From NCBI RefSeq assembly GCF_001644705.1, contig NZ_CP015137.1, positions 1,380,001 through 1,412,000 on the forward strand: 32,000 nucleotides of DNA, given 5' to 3'. A model generated the notes under the pieces. It was not told the DNA's origin. It did no database searches and saw only the letters and a list, made by a program, of their open reading frames with translations. A program made the translations under genes and the position numbers. Shown piece by piece: positions 1 through 9,746 of the stretch. Numbering within the stretch: the first letter of the stretch is position 1; each line of letters begins with the position of its first letter. Source of the stretch: Dickeya solani IPO 2222. Lineage in GTDB: Bacteria > Pseudomonadota > Gammaproteobacteria > Enterobacterales > Enterobacteriaceae.

Positions 1-1
1 C

Positions 2-370
2 GAAGCGCTGAAAGCGGTGGCAAACGTTATTCGGCATTCGTTTCGTCGTCATGACATCCTCTGCCGTCTGGGCGGCGACGAGTTTGCCGTCGTCTTGCCC
101 AACATCTCGCAGGAAAACGCCGTGCGCGTGGCGGAACGCGTCAGAGAGGGAATTCATGAGCTCGGCCACGCCTCGCCATCGATGTCACCGGGCATTACCG
201 TCAGCATCGGGCTGGTGGCCGTCACGTCGCCGGACGAAGGGCTGGGTGAAATCATCCGCCGCGCCGACGTTAACCTGTATCTGGCGAAAAGAACCCGCAA
301 CTGCACCATCACCACCCCGCTGGTGCAACCTATGGAAGCCACAGAAACAACAACGGCCAGCGCCAGCTGA
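2..370 (+). CDS. C-terminal part of a GGDEF-domain diguanylate cyclase; the 5' end lies upstream of the window
   Basis: The frame is open from base 2; track ORF 17..370 is the same frame starting at an internal GTG. The translation has RRHD-ILCRL-GGDEF, i.e. an RxxD I-site five residues before an intact GGDEF motif. The usual downstream blocks follow (ITVSIGLV, RADVNLYLAK). Confidence 0.85.
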   Translation, partial: EALKAVANVIRHSFRRHDILCRLGGDEFAVVLPNISQENAVRVAERVREGIHELGHASPSMSPGITVSIGLVAVTSPDEGLGEIIRRADVNLYLAKRTRNCTITTPLVQPMEATETTTASAS

Positions 371-400
371 CCGTTTTCTGCACCGAAACTGCGGTAAATC

Positions 401-1354
401 TTACAGCAGAGCGGCGATCATTTTTTCCAGTTTTTCCTGGTCTACCGCAAACTTGCGGATACCGTCGGCCAGTTTGTCCACCGCCATCGGATCCTGATTG
501 TGCTGCCAGTAGAATTCAGACTCGGTCAGTCTGGCCGGACGCGCTTTCACCTCGCCGCTGTATGACAGTTTACGTGCCACGTCGCCCTGGCTTTCTGCCA
601 GTTCTTTGAGCAGCGGCGGCGCAATGGTCAGGCGATCGCAACCCGCCAGTTCCAGAATCTCGCCGACATTACGGAAACTGGCACCCATCACCACCGTTTC
701 ATAACCGTGCTGTTTGTAATATTTGTAGATATCGGTCACGGAGACGACGCCCGGATCTTCATGCGGCGCGAACTCTTTCTTGTCGCTGTTGGATTTGTAC
801 CAGTCCAAAATACGACCCACGAACGGGGAAATCAGGAATACGCCCGCTTCGGCACAGGCACGCGCTTGAGCAAACGAGAACAACAGGGTCAGGTTACAGT
901 TGATGCCTTCTTTTTCCAGCTGCTCGGCGGCACAGATACCCTGCCAGGTGGACGCCAATTTGATCAGAATACGGTCGTTGCTGATGCCGGCATCGTTGTA
1001 CAGTTTGATCAGGTGTTTCGCTTTGGCGACGCTGGCTTTGGTGTCATAGGAAAGACGGGCGTCCACTTCGGTGGAGATGCGCCCCGGGATCAACTTGAGA
1101 ATTTCCAGACCGATATTGACCGCCAGTTTGTCCGTCGCATCGACAACCTGCTGCTCGCGCTTGTCGCTCTGCGCACGGGCCCAGGCCACAGCGTCATCAA
1201 TCAGCGCACGGTATTCCGGGATTTGCGCGGCATTCAGAATCAGGGAAGGGTTGGTGGTGGCGTCCTGCGGCTGGTAAAGCTTCATTGCCGCGATATCGCC
1301 GGTATCCGCCACCACAGTGGTGAATTGGCGTAGGGAAGTCAGTTTATCCGTCAT
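401..1354 (-). CDS. talB: Transaldolase B
   Basis: Track ORF 401..1462. From the internal ATG at 1354 the protein reads [40 protein letters not shown]... (317 aa). It is collinear with E. coli TalB as I recall it, including the start and length. The 36-codon upstream extension in the track has no homology. Confidence 0.97.
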   Translation of the reverse strand: MTDKLTSLRQFTTVVADTGDIAAMKLYQPQDATTNPSLILNAAQIPEYRALIDDAVAWARAQSDKREQQVVDATDKLAVNIGLEILKLIPGRISTEVDARLSYDTKASVAKAKHLIKLYNDAGISNDRILIKLASTWQGICAAEQLEKEGINCNLTLLFSFAQARACAEAGVFLISPFVGRILDWYKSNSDKKEFAPHEDPGVVSVTDIYKYYKQHGYETVVMGASFRNVGEILELAGCDRLTIAPPLLKELAESQGDVARKLSYSGEVKARPARLTESEFYWQHNQDPMAVDKLADGIRKFAVDQEKLEKMIAALL

Positions 1355-1657
1355 GTTGGCCTTTCTCATTGTTTGTGCATGAACTGGTGGCAGGAACTGT
1401 CGCCAGAGCCTGATAATAACACGCACCCGAGCCCACGCAAGCGGACCAGCAAAAAACCGCACAGAGGATAAACCTCAAATTTTCGATTAAAAATCAATAA
1501 AATAAACACCATTCATTTTTCTTTTCCCTCTGTTTTTGATGAAAAATCACACGATAACCTAAACAACGCTGATTTATCGCGCCTGTCACAGCCATCGCCC
1601 CTTTTTTACTGGCTTTTGCTACAGTAAGGCCATTCAAGACACCAACGGGATACGTTT

Positions 1658-2437
1658 ATGCTGCTCACCCTTTCACCTGCCAAAACGCTGGATTACACCA
1701 GCCCGCTGCCCACACAACGCTATACGCAACCCACCCTGCTGGCGTATTCCCAGCAGCTGATACGGCACTGCAAACAGCTGACCCCAGCGAATATCGCCTC
1801 GCTGATGGGCATCAGCGACAAGCTGGCGGACCTGAATGCGGCCCGTTTTCAGGAATGGCGCCCGGAATTTTCGCCGGATAACGCGCGTCAGGCGTTGCTG
1901 GCGTTCAAAGGCGATGTCTACACCGGGCTGGCGGCGGAGGATTTTAACGAGGCGGATTTCGATTTCGCCCAGCAGCATCTGCGTATTCTATCCGGCCTTT
2001 ACGGCGTGCTGCGGCCGCTGGACCTGATGCAGCCTTACCGACTGGAAATGGGCATCAAGCTGAAAAACGACGTGGGCAACGACCTGTATCAGTTCTGGGG
2101 CGAGACCATCACCGAAACGCTCAATCAGGCGCTGAAAGCGCAAAACGACGATATTCTGATCAATCTGGCGTCTGACGAATACTTCAAATCCGTCAAACCG
2201 GCCAAACTCAACGCGCGGCTGATAAAACCGGTATTCCTCGATGAAAAGAACGGCAAGTTCAAGGTGATCAGCTTCTACGCCAAGAAAGCGCGCGGCTTAA
2301 TGAGCCGTTTCATCATTCAGAACCGCCTGACCACACCGGAGCAACTAAAAGACTTTGACAGCGAAGGCTATTACTTTGACGCCGCCGATTCCTCAGCAGA
2401 CGAACTGATCTTCAAGCGCCGCGAGCGCGACGCCTGA
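1658..2437 (+). CDS. yaaA: Peroxide stress protein YaaA (UPF0246/DUF328)
   Basis: 259 aa, [13 protein letters not shown]...FKGDVYTGL...[22 protein letters not shown]...[17 protein letters not shown]. Full-length match to E. coli YaaA from memory. An ATG with GGGA lies upstream. Confidence 0.95.
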   Translation: MLLTLSPAKTLDYTSPLPTQRYTQPTLLAYSQQLIRHCKQLTPANIASLMGISDKLADLNAARFQEWRPEFSPDNARQALLAFKGDVYTGLAAEDFNEADFDFAQQHLRILSGLYGVLRPLDLMQPYRLEMGIKLKNDVGNDLYQFWGETITETLNQALKAQNDDILINLASDEYFKSVKPAKLNARLIKPVFLDEKNGKFKVISFYAKKARGLMSRFIIQNRLTTPEQLKDFDSEGYYFDAADSSADELIFKRRERDA

Positions 2438-2466
2438 CAACACGTTTACCCGTTCCACAAACAAAT

Positions 2467-2500
2467 ACGGCCGGAAAGCGGTTTCCCGCTTTCCGGCCGT
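2467..2500. terminator. Bidirectional stem-loop between convergent yaaA and the thr operon
   Basis: Perfect 15-bp stem ACGGCCGGAAAGCGG (2467-2481) / CCGCTTTCCGGCCGT (2486-2500) with a TTTC loop. On the minus strand it is followed by ATTTGTTTGT. Confidence 0.75.
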
Positions 2501-2577
2501 AATACCTTCTTACCGTAATACCTTCCTACCGTAATACCTTCCTGCAGTAATACACTCCCGCCGTAATAAATTGAGGG
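2499..2577. repeat. Tandem repeat, 16-bp unit x5 with decaying identity
   Basis: Units are gtaataccttcttacc (2499), gtaataccttcctacc (2515), gtaataccttcctgca (2531), gtaatacactcccgcc (2547) and gtaataaattgagggt (2563). The array starts inside the 3' arm of the terminator stem and ends at the thrC stop codon (2578-2580). Confidence 0.9.
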
Positions 2578-3867
2578 TTAGTGCGGCAGTTCCATCAGGA
2601 ATTTGCGCAACTGCGCGAAGTCCGGCGCGAAGTGGTGCGACAGCAGCGCCTGATCAGCGCGTTCGGCCAACTCAGTCGGCAGTGTCAGTGTCTTACCAAG
2701 AATCGCTTCCACGCTCTCCTTGAACTTCGCCGGATGGGCGGTACCCAGGAACAGGCCGTATTCGCCCGGCTGCAACTGGTCGCGCAACAAACGGTAAGCG
2801 ATCGCCGCATGCGGTTCGGAGGTGTAGCCCAACGCGTCCAGTTCCAGCATGGTGGTTTTGGTGGTCTCATCGCTCACCGCGCCGAACGCCAGCTCTTTCA
2901 GTTGCCAGTTCTTGCGGCGGAACAGCTCTTCCACACGCGGCCAGTTGTTCGGCTGGCTCACATCCATCGCGTTGGACAACGTCGCCACGGTCGGATTCGG
3001 CTGCCAGCTTCCGTTTTGCAGAAAACGCGGCACCGTGTCGTTGGCGTTGGTGGCGGCGATAAAACGTTTCACCGGCAGACCCAGCGATTTCGCCAGCAAA
3101 CCGGCGGTCAGGTCGCCGAAGTTGCCACTCGGCACCGAGATCACCAGTTGATTGCGTGCTTCCTGCGGCAACTGCGCCACCGCTTCGAAATAGTAGCTGA
3201 TCTGCGCCAGCAGACGGCTAATGTTGATGGAGTTGGCGGAATTCAGCCCTATCGCACGTTTCAGTTCTTCGTCATCGAACGCTTGTTTCACCAGCGCCTG
3301 ACAGGCGTCGAAATCGCTGTCGACGGCAATAGTGTGGATATTGCCGCCCAGCGTACAGAACAGTTTTTCCTGCAACGGGCTGATCTTGCCGTTCGGATAC
3401 AGAATCACGACCCGCACATTCTTCAGGCCGTAAAACGCATGCGCGACCGCCGCGCCGGTATCGCCCGAGGTGGCGGTCAGAATCGTGATCTGCTGATCGC
3501 CGGCGACTTCCGCCAGCATCTGCGCCATCAGGCGGCCGCCGAAATCCTTGAATGCCAGCGTCGGGCCGTGAAACAGCTCCAGCGCGGCGATGTCCTCGCT
3601 CACCGGCACTACCGGCGCCGGGAAGCGGAAAGCCGCTTTAACGCGCTGGTAGACGATTTCATCGGACATTTCATCACCAATGAACGCCGACAGAATGCGG
3701 CTGCTGCGGGTGACAAAATCCTGCTCCAGCAGTTCATCAATCGTCGTGCGGTCGAATTCCGGCAGCTCCAGCGGGAAAAACAGGCCCTGATTACTTCCCA
3801 GCCCTTTGCGGATCGCTTCGGCGAAATTCACCTGTTCATTGTGATCTTTCAGATTGTACAGTTTCAT
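2578..3867 (-). CDS. thrC: Threonine synthase
   Basis: 429 aa, MKLYNLKDHNEQVNFAEA...FHGPTLAFKDFGG...TSGDTGAAVAHAF. Collinear with E. coli ThrC. It is the last gene of the thrABC order. Confidence 0.97.
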   Translation of the reverse strand: MKLYNLKDHNEQVNFAEAIRKGLGSNQGLFFPLELPEFDRTTIDELLEQDFVTRSSRILSAFIGDEMSDEIVYQRVKAAFRFPAPVVPVSEDIAALELFHGPTLAFKDFGGRLMAQMLAEVAGDQQITILTATSGDTGAAVAHAFYGLKNVRVVILYPNGKISPLQEKLFCTLGGNIHTIAVDSDFDACQALVKQAFDDEELKRAIGLNSANSINISRLLAQISYYFEAVAQLPQEARNQLVISVPSGNFGDLTAGLLAKSLGLPVKRFIAATNANDTVPRFLQNGSWQPNPTVATLSNAMDVSQPNNWPRVEELFRRKNWQLKELAFGAVSDETTKTTMLELDALGYTSEPHAAIAYRLLRDQLQPGEYGLFLGTAHPAKFKESVEAILGKTLTLPTELAERADQALLSHHFAPDFAQLRKFLMELPH

Positions 3868-3870
3868 GCG

Positions 3871-4800
3871 TTATCCCAATTGTCGCGCGCCTGCGGTATC
3901 CAGACGGCAAATATGAACAAAACCTTCGTCGTTCTGCAGATAGTTTTCCCGCAGCCAGCTTGCCAGACGCTCCGCGGCGTCCATGTTATTGCACACGGAG
4001 AACAGCGTCGGCCCGGAACCGGAAATGCCGCAGGCCAGCGCGCCCAACTCGTTGGCGGCCTGACGCGCTTCGGCAAAACCGGGCAACAGACGCGTCCGGT
4101 AAGGCTCGGCTATCACGTCTTTCATCAGGGTCGCAGCCAGTTCCGCCTGGCCGGTATGGCAGGCGTGGATAAAGCCCGCCAGATAGCGGCCGTGGCTGAT
4201 GCAATCCTGACGACGGTACTGCGCCGGCAGGATTGCCCGCGCTTCGGCCGTGGACACCTTGATGCCCGGATAGGCCATTACCCACAGCCAGTCGTCAAAT
4301 CCCGGTACCGGCTGGCTGACGATGCCCATCTCTTCCACCATCAGTTGGATGCCGCCCAGGAAACACGGCGCCACGTTGTCGTAATGCACGCTGCCGGAAA
4401 TGCGCCCTTCCAGTTCGCCCATCAGCGTCAATAAACGGGTATCGTCCAGCGGTTTGCCGCAGAATTCGTTCATCGCCATCAGGCCGGCGACCACCGAACA
4501 AGCGCTGGAACCCAGCCCGGAGCCGATCGGCATGTTTTTTTCCAGCGTCATGGAGACCGGCACGGTCTTGCCGATCTCCTGACAGAAGCGCTCCCAGCAC
4601 TGATAAACGATGTTTTCTTTCGGGTTGTCCGGCAGCTTGCTGACAAAACGCCCTTCGTTATGCAGGCTAAACAGCTCGGCTTCCCGCACGGTCACGCAAT
4701 CGCCCAGCAGGGAGCCGTCCACCGGCGACACCGCCGCGCCCAGCACGTCAAACCCCACGCTCACATTCCCGATGGATGCCGGGGCATAAATCCTCACCAT
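3871..4800 (-). CDS. thrB: Homoserine kinase
   Basis: Track ORF 3871..4821. The start is taken at the ATG at 4800, giving [24 protein letters not shown]... (309 aa), which matches the E. coli ThrB N-terminus. It lies 2 nt after the thrA stop. The GHMP kinase motif [10 protein letters not shown] is present. Confidence 0.95.
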   Translation of the reverse strand: MVRIYAPASIGNVSVGFDVLGAAVSPVDGSLLGDCVTVREAELFSLHNEGRFVSKLPDNPKENIVYQCWERFCQEIGKTVPVSMTLEKNMPIGSGLGSSACSVVAGLMAMNEFCGKPLDDTRLLTLMGELEGRISGSVHYDNVAPCFLGGIQLMVEEMGIVSQPVPGFDDWLWVMAYPGIKVSTAEARAILPAQYRRQDCISHGRYLAGFIHACHTGQAELAATLMKDVIAEPYRTRLLPGFAEARQAANELGALACGISGSGPTLFSVCNNMDAAERLASWLRENYLQNDEGFVHICRLDTAGARQLG

Positions 4801-4802
4801 TC

Positions 4803-7259
4803 TCACACTCCCACCTTCCACGACAGCGTGCGCAGCAGGTCTGCAAACACCCCGGCCGCCGTCACATCATTGCCCGCCCCGTAGCCCCGCAGCACCAGCG
4901 GCAGCGGCTGGTAATAGCGGCTGTAAAACGCCAGCGCGTTCTCGCCGTCCTTCACCTTGAACAGCGGATCGTTGCCACCCACCGCGCTGATCGTCACCCA
5001 GCACTTGCCGTCGTCGATCTTGCCGACGTAGCGTAACACTTTACCTTCCGCCCGCGCGGCTTCAACCCGGCGGGCAAATTCGGCGTCCAGCTCCGGCAAA
5101 CGCGCCAGGAAGCTGGCGACATCGCCCTGCGCATATTCCGGCGGCAGCACGGAATCGACCTGAATGTCGTCCAGCTCCAGTTCATAACCCGCTTCACGCG
5201 CCAGAATCAGCAGTTTGCGCGCCACGTCCATCCCGGACAGGTCGTCGCGCGGATCCGGCTCGGTGAAGCCTTTTTCTTTCGCCAGCAAGGTAGCGTCGGA
5301 CAGCGACATGCCTTCATCCAGTTTGCCGAAGATAAAGGACAGCGAACCGGACAAAATACCGTTGAAGCGAATCAGCTCATCACCGGCGTTCAGCAGGTTC
5401 TGCAGGTTCTCGATCACCGGCAGACCGGCGCCGACGTTGGTGTCATACAGGAACTTGCGGCGGGATTTGGCCGCCGCCTGACGCAACTGGTGGTAATAAC
5501 GCAGCGTGCCCGTGTTGGCTTTCTTATTGGGCGTGACGACATGGAAGCCATCCGCCAGGAAATCGGCGTATTGATCGGCAACCGCCTGGCTGGAGGTACA
5601 GTCGATGATTACCGGGTTCAGCAAGTGATACTCTTTCACCAGCCGGCTGAGCGCGGCCGGGCTAAACGGCTCACGCGCCCGCGCCAGCTCGTCACGCCAG
5701 CGATCCATCGGAATGCCGTGCACGTTGGTCAGCATCGCTTTGGAGTTGGCGATGCCGCATACCCGCACGTCGATGTGTTTTTGTTTCAGCCACGGCTGCT
5801 GACGCTGAATCTGCTCCAGCAACGCGCCGCCGACGCCGCCGACGCCAATCACGAACACGTCCAGCGCCTGATTGGTGTTGAACAGCATCTGATGCGCCAC
5901 CCGCACGCCGGTCGTCGCTACGTCATTGTTCACCACCACCGAAATCGAGCGTTCGGACGAGCCCTGCGCGATCGCCACGATGTTGATGTTGGCGCTGGCC
6001 AGCGCGGTGAACAGTCGAGCCGACAGACCGCGCAGCGTGCGCATGCCGTCACCCACCACGGAAATGATCGCCAGTCGCTGCACCACGTCCAGCGGCTCCA
6101 GCACACCCTCTTTCAGTTCCAGATAGAATTCATCTTCCAGCGTTTTGCGCGCGCGCGGCAACTCACTCTGGGACACGCAGAAGCTGATGCTGTATTCGGA
6201 AGAGGACTGAGTGATGAGCACCACCGAGATACCGGCGCGGGACATCGCGGCGAACACGCGCGCCGCCATCCCGACCATCCCTTTCATACCGGGACCGGAA
6301 ACGTTGATCATCGCCATGTTGTTCAGGTTGGTGATGCCTTTAACCGGGTACTGATTATCGCTGCTTTCCAGCCCGATCAGCGTGCCGGGCGCCTGAGGGT
6401 TTTCGGTGTTCTTGATAAGGCAGGGAATCTGGAACTGGGCGATGGGGGCGATAGTGCGGGGGTGGAGAACTTTGGCGCCGAAGTAGGACAATTCCATCGC
6501 TTCCTGATAGGACATCGACTTCAGCAACCGCGCATCCGGCACCTGGCGCGGGTCACAGGTGTACACGCCGTCGACGTCAGTCCAGATCTCACAACAGTCG
6601 GCCCGCAGACACGCGGCCAGCACCGCCGCCGAATAGTCGGAACCGTTACGGCCCAGCACCACCAGTTCGCCTTTATCGTTACCGGCGGTAAAGCCCGCCA
6701 TCAGGATCACATGGTCAGCGGGGATCGCCTGCTCATCAATGCGGCGGGTGGACTCAGCGATATCTACGGTGGATTCCAGATAATGCCCCTGCGCCAGCAG
6801 GCTGCGCACCGGGTCAATGACCGACACCTGATAACCACGCGCCTGAAATACGGCTTCCATGATGGCGATGGAGAGTTTTTCGCCCCGGCAGATAATGGCG
6901 GCGTTGACGCTGTCCGGGCACTGCCCCAGCAACACGATGCCATGCAGCACCTGTTTGAGTTGGGTAAACTCTTCATCCACCCGCGCTTTCAGCCGGTCAT
7001 AGGCAAAACCGGGCTGGGATTGCGCCAGTCCCTGCAGCAAATCGGCAAAAATGACTTCCGCTTCGGTGATATTTGGCTGGATATCCTGTTTAGCCACGGT
7101 TTTTTCAATCATGGCCACCAAGTGGTTGGTGATTTTCGCCGGTGCCGACAGCACCGTGGCGACCTGTCCCTGACGTGCATTGCTTTCGATGATATCGGCA
7201 ACGCGCGCAAATCGTTCTGCGTTGGCTACCGAGGTCCCGCCAAATTTCAACACTCGCAT
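4803..7259 (-). CDS. thrA: Bifunctional aspartokinase I / homoserine dehydrogenase I
   Basis: Track ORF 4803..7292. The start is taken at the ATG at 7259 ([17 protein letters not shown]...), preceded by CAGGAGAA. 818 aa, collinear with E. coli ThrA through the kinase, ACT and dehydrogenase parts. Confidence 0.97.
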   Translation of the reverse strand: MRVLKFGGTSVANAERFARVADIIESNARQGQVATVLSAPAKITNHLVAMIEKTVAKQDIQPNITEAEVIFADLLQGLAQSQPGFAYDRLKARVDEEFTQLKQVLHGIVLLGQCPDSVNAAIICRGEKLSIAIMEAVFQARGYQVSVIDPVRSLLAQGHYLESTVDIAESTRRIDEQAIPADHVILMAGFTAGNDKGELVVLGRNGSDYSAAVLAACLRADCCEIWTDVDGVYTCDPRQVPDARLLKSMSYQEAMELSYFGAKVLHPRTIAPIAQFQIPCLIKNTENPQAPGTLIGLESSDNQYPVKGITNLNNMAMINVSGPGMKGMVGMAARVFAAMSRAGISVVLITQSSSEYSISFCVSQSELPRARKTLEDEFYLELKEGVLEPLDVVQRLAIISVVGDGMRTLRGLSARLFTALASANINIVAIAQGSSERSISVVVNNDVATTGVRVAHQMLFNTNQALDVFVIGVGGVGGALLEQIQRQQPWLKQKHIDVRVCGIANSKAMLTNVHGIPMDRWRDELARAREPFSPAALSRLVKEYHLLNPVIIDCTSSQAVADQYADFLADGFHVVTPNKKANTGTLRYYHQLRQAAAKSRRKFLYDTNVGAGLPVIENLQNLLNAGDELIRFNGILSGSLSFIFGKLDEGMSLSDATLLAKEKGFTEPDPRDDLSGMDVARKLLILAREAGYELELDDIQVDSVLPPEYAQGDVASFLARLPELDAEFARRVEAARAEGKVLRYVGKIDDGKCWVTISAVGGNDPLFKVKDGENALAFYSRYYQPLPLVLRGYGAGNDVTAAGVFADLLRTLSWKVGV

Positions 7260-7371
7260 TTTTGTCTGTTCTCCTGAATTTTCAATTGCCAAAAACGCCG
7301 GGAGCGTTTTTGAAAGCCATTTACAACGGCCTTATAAGGTTGGCGGGCAGGAATAAGCCCGCAGTAACTGT

Positions 7372-7402
7372 AAAAAAAAAGCCCGCACTGTGAAGTGCGG
7401 GC
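7372..7402 (-). terminator. thr attenuator (rho-independent terminator of the leader transcript)
   Basis: On the minus strand: GCCCGCACT-tcac-AGTGCGGGC (9-bp stem, 7381-7389/7394-7402) followed by nine T (7372-7380). GTGCGGGC at the end of thrL (7430-7437) can pair with the 5' arm as an antiterminator. The arrangement is the same as in E. coli. Confidence 0.9.
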
Positions 7403-7426
7403 TTTTTCTGGATTCATCTGTACGCG

Positions 7427-7495
7427 TCAGCCCGCACCGTTACTCGTCGTACCGGTGGTAATAATAATGGTCGTAACCAGGCTGATGTGATGCAT
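7427..7495 (-). CDS. thrL: thr operon leader peptide
   Basis: Not in the ORF track because it is too short. The minus strand reads ATG CAT CAC ATC AGC CTG GTT ACG ACC ATT ATT ATT ACC ACC GGT ACG ACG AGT AAC GGT GCG GGC TGA, i.e. MHHISLVTTIIITTGTTSNGAG. That is 6 Thr and 4 Ile codons, ending in the NGAG seen in E. coli ThrL, immediately upstream of the attenuator. Confidence 0.9.
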   Translation of the reverse strand: MHHISLVTTIIITTGTTSNGAG

Positions 7496-7535
7496 TGCGT
7501 AACGTTCTCGTAGATCGAAAAATTATCTACCCTAT

Positions 7536-7564
7536 TAGTTAGGGTAATCGCCCTGCTAAGTCAA
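7536..7564 (-). promoter_or_regulatory. Probable thr operon sigma70 promoter
   Basis: The minus strand reads TTGACT (7564-7559), a 17-nt spacer, then TAACTA (7541-7536), about 40 nt upstream of the thrL ATG. It has the same -35 hexamer and spacing as the E. coli thr promoter as I recall it (TTGACT-N17-TAACCA). Confidence 0.7.
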
Positions 7565-7689
7565 CGGATTTCTTCATTCCTCCATCCGCTTTACGCCAAT
7601 GACGGCGGATAAAGTCACTATAGAAAAACAAAAAATCCAAACAATGATTCAGAAAAAACGGCCAGTCATGATGATTCGCCAGAAAATCT

Positions 7690-8391
7690 TCACTTTCCCT
7701 GATCTTCTGCCAATAGCGCTTTTTCCACATCATGCAACAGCCTATGCAGCATGGCGCTATCCCGCTGCTCCAGTAACCCGAGCCGCTGTTGCAGCCAGTC
7801 GCGCAGTTTTTCGTCCTGCTGCGCGCCGACCCGAACCAGCAGACGCGAAAACCGTTCGCGCAACGCCGCCAGTTGCCCGGACTCGGCCTGCGTCGGCTCA
7901 GCCGCGGCTACCTGCATCAACGACGCCAGTTGATAGCAATACACCATCACCGCCTGCCCCAGATTCAATGACGGATAATCCGCCGCCATCGGCACGCCGG
8001 TCAGGATATCCGCCAGCGCCAGTTCCTCATTAGTCAGCCCGGAATCCTCGCGGCCAAACACCAGCGCCGCAGAATTGACCCATTGCCGCTTTTCCTCCAG
8101 CACGCTCAGCAATTGCGCCGGCTCACAGTAGTAATGAAAACGGGCGCGGCTGCGAGCGGTGGTCGCCACCGTGAACTCAACATCCGCCAGCGCATCGGCC
8201 AGCGTCGGAAAAACGTCTACCCCGTCAAGAATATCGCCGGAGCCGTGGGCCACCCAACGCGCCGCAGGCTCAAGATGCGCAGTACTGTCGACAATCCGCA
8301 TCCGGCCAAAACCCATGGTTTTCATGGCGCGCGCCGCCGCACCGACGTTTTCGGCCCGGGCAGGCGCCACCAAAATGATATAGAACTGCAC
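7690..8391 (-). CDS. lasT: SpoU/TrmH-family tRNA/rRNA 2'-O-methyltransferase LasT (YjtD)
   Basis: 233 aa from a GTG preceded by GGGAGG. MQFYIILVAPARAENVGAAARAMKTMGF...ALVFGREDSGLTNEELALADILTGVPM..YPSLNLGQAVMVYCYQL. Full-length match to E. coli YjtD, and in the same position between arcA and thrL. Confidence 0.9.
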   Translation of the reverse strand: MQFYIILVAPARAENVGAAARAMKTMGFGRMRIVDSTAHLEPAARWVAHGSGDILDGVDVFPTLADALADVEFTVATTARSRARFHYYCEPAQLLSVLEEKRQWVNSAALVFGREDSGLTNEELALADILTGVPMAADYPSLNLGQAVMVYCYQLASLMQVAAAEPTQAESGQLAALRERFSRLLVRVGAQQDEKLRDWLQQRLGLLEQRDSAMLHRLLHDVEKALLAEDQGK

Positions 8392-8953
8392 ACAACCTCC
8401 CAGCCAGCCCCCACAGGGCGCTGGCGATCAGGGTTCGGCGATGATTTACGCCGGAAAATAAATCGATACCGGGATTTGACGCATCCCGACAGATGGCCTG
8501 AAACCGCGGTCGCCTTGATACGCTGCCGGGTGGCGCGACGGAAATGGAAACGCTTCAGCTATCAGCATTTATTATGCCGTGGTGAATATAAAAATGTTAA
8601 ATTGTGATAGATAGCGGTATTCGTGGTGCGTTTTCCACAAATTGCTAACGTGCTACAATGAAATTTGATATATGTCAATGGAACCGTAGATTTGCCAGTC
8701 GGCGAAATCAGTGCTCACTGTTATGTTGCTGTTAATAAGGTTAAACTGTGCGCCACAATAAGCTCTGTTGAAAAACCTCATCGCCACCTGTTATCAGGCA
8801 CGCGTCGGGTGGAAACAAGTGCTTCAAAACGTATTTACGTACTTGAGTCAGTCGGCGAAAAAGCGGTGAACACGATTTCCCAAAGCGCCCGAGAGAACCA
8901 GGACTTCTGTACTTTCGAATCTCTATATTAGTTGGCAATTTTAGGTAGCAAAC

Positions 8954-9670
8954 ATGCAGACCCCCCACATTCTTATTGTCGAAGACGAGTTGGTAACTCG
9001 TAACACCCTCAAAAGTATTTTTGAGGCCGAGGGATACGTTGTTCACGAAGCCACCGACGGCGCCGAGATGCATAACATCCTGTCTGAACATGACATCAAT
9101 CTGGTCATTATGGACATCAACCTGCCGGGCAAGAATGGCTTGTTGCTGGCACGTGAACTGCGCGAGCAGGCAAGCGTGGCGCTGATGTTCCTGACCGGGC
9201 GCGATAACGAAGTCGATAAAATCCTGGGCCTGGAAATCGGCGCGGACGACTATATCACCAAACCGTTTAACCCCCGCGAACTGACCATCCGCGCCCGCAA
9301 TCTGCTGTCCCGTACCATGAACCTGGGCGGCGGCACCGAAGAGCGTCGTCTGGTGGAAAGCTACCGCTTCAACGGCTGGGAGCTGGACATCAACAGTCGT
9401 TCGCTGGTCAGCCCGAACGGCGAACAGTACAAACTGCCGCGTAGCGAATTCCGCGCCATGCTGCACTTCTGCGAGAATCCGGGAAAAATCCAGTCTCGTG
9501 CTGAACTGCTGAAGAAAATGACCGGTCGCGAGCTGAAACCGCATGACCGTACGGTCGACGTCACCATTCGTCGTATCCGCAAACATTTCGAATCCACCGC
9601 CGATACGCCGGAAATCATCGCCACCATTCACGGTGAAGGTTATCGCTTCTGCGGCGATCTGGAAGACTGA
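8954..9670 (+). CDS. arcA: Aerobic respiration control response regulator ArcA (OmpR family)
   Basis: 238 aa, [28 protein letters not shown]...[14 protein letters not shown]. Nearly identical to E. coli ArcA along the whole length. It is preceded by a 560-bp untranslated upstream region, as in E. coli. Confidence 0.97.
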   Translation: MQTPHILIVEDELVTRNTLKSIFEAEGYVVHEATDGAEMHNILSEHDINLVIMDINLPGKNGLLLARELREQASVALMFLTGRDNEVDKILGLEIGADDYITKPFNPRELTIRARNLLSRTMNLGGGTEERRLVESYRFNGWELDINSRSLVSPNGEQYKLPRSEFRAMLHFCENPGKIQSRAELLKKMTGRELKPHDRTVDVTIRRIRKHFESTADTPEIIATIHGEGYRFCGDLED

Positions 9671-9700
9671 TTATCAGCGTGCTCACACGCTGCATATAAA

Positions 9701-9726
9701 GCCGGGACATGCTCCCGGCTTTTTTA
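9701..9726. terminator. Bidirectional rho-independent terminator between arcA and creA
   Basis: GCCGGGA (9701-9707), loop catgc, TCCCGGC (9713-9719), then TTTTTTA. An A-rich run (ATATAAA) on the left side serves the minus strand. Confidence 0.8.
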
Positions 9727-9746
9727 TTTCCTATCGGCGATGACCG

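Noticed and set aside
1355-1462. N-terminal extensions of track ORFs: talB 1355-1462, thrB 4801-4821, thrA 7260-7292, slt 15011-15046, oxidoreductase 20234-20341, rpiA 23630-23734, argP 23786-23824, yggE 25498-25551, IclR 26472-26588
   Set aside because: The longest-ORF starts add residues with no counterpart in the orthologues. Internal starts reproduce orthologue N-termini, and most have better SD sequences.
2581-4434. 617-aa ORF on the + strand running antisense across thrC and into thrB
   Set aside because: It lies entirely opposite two genes with full-length homology. Its translation is an R/Q/H/A/G-rich, low-information sequence with no recognisable motif, and it crosses a gene boundary. 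This is the typical shadow ORF produced by codon bias in GC-rich genes.
5490-7277. 595-aa ORF antisense to thrA
   Set aside because: Same reasoning as above. It mirrors a strongly supported CDS and has no motif, RBS or plausible start context.
7539-7733. 64-aa ORF on the minus strand between lasT and the thr promoter
   Set aside because: It overlaps the lasT 3' end out of frame and runs through the predicted thr promoter. The stretch is AT-rich, where ORFs arise by chance, and there is no RBS.
8665-8931. 88-aa ORF in the arcA upstream region
   Set aside because: It starts at a non-ATG codon without an SD and lies in the known long arcA leader/promoter region. The translation has no recognisable features, and its size and position do not match the small yjjY ORF of E. 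coli.
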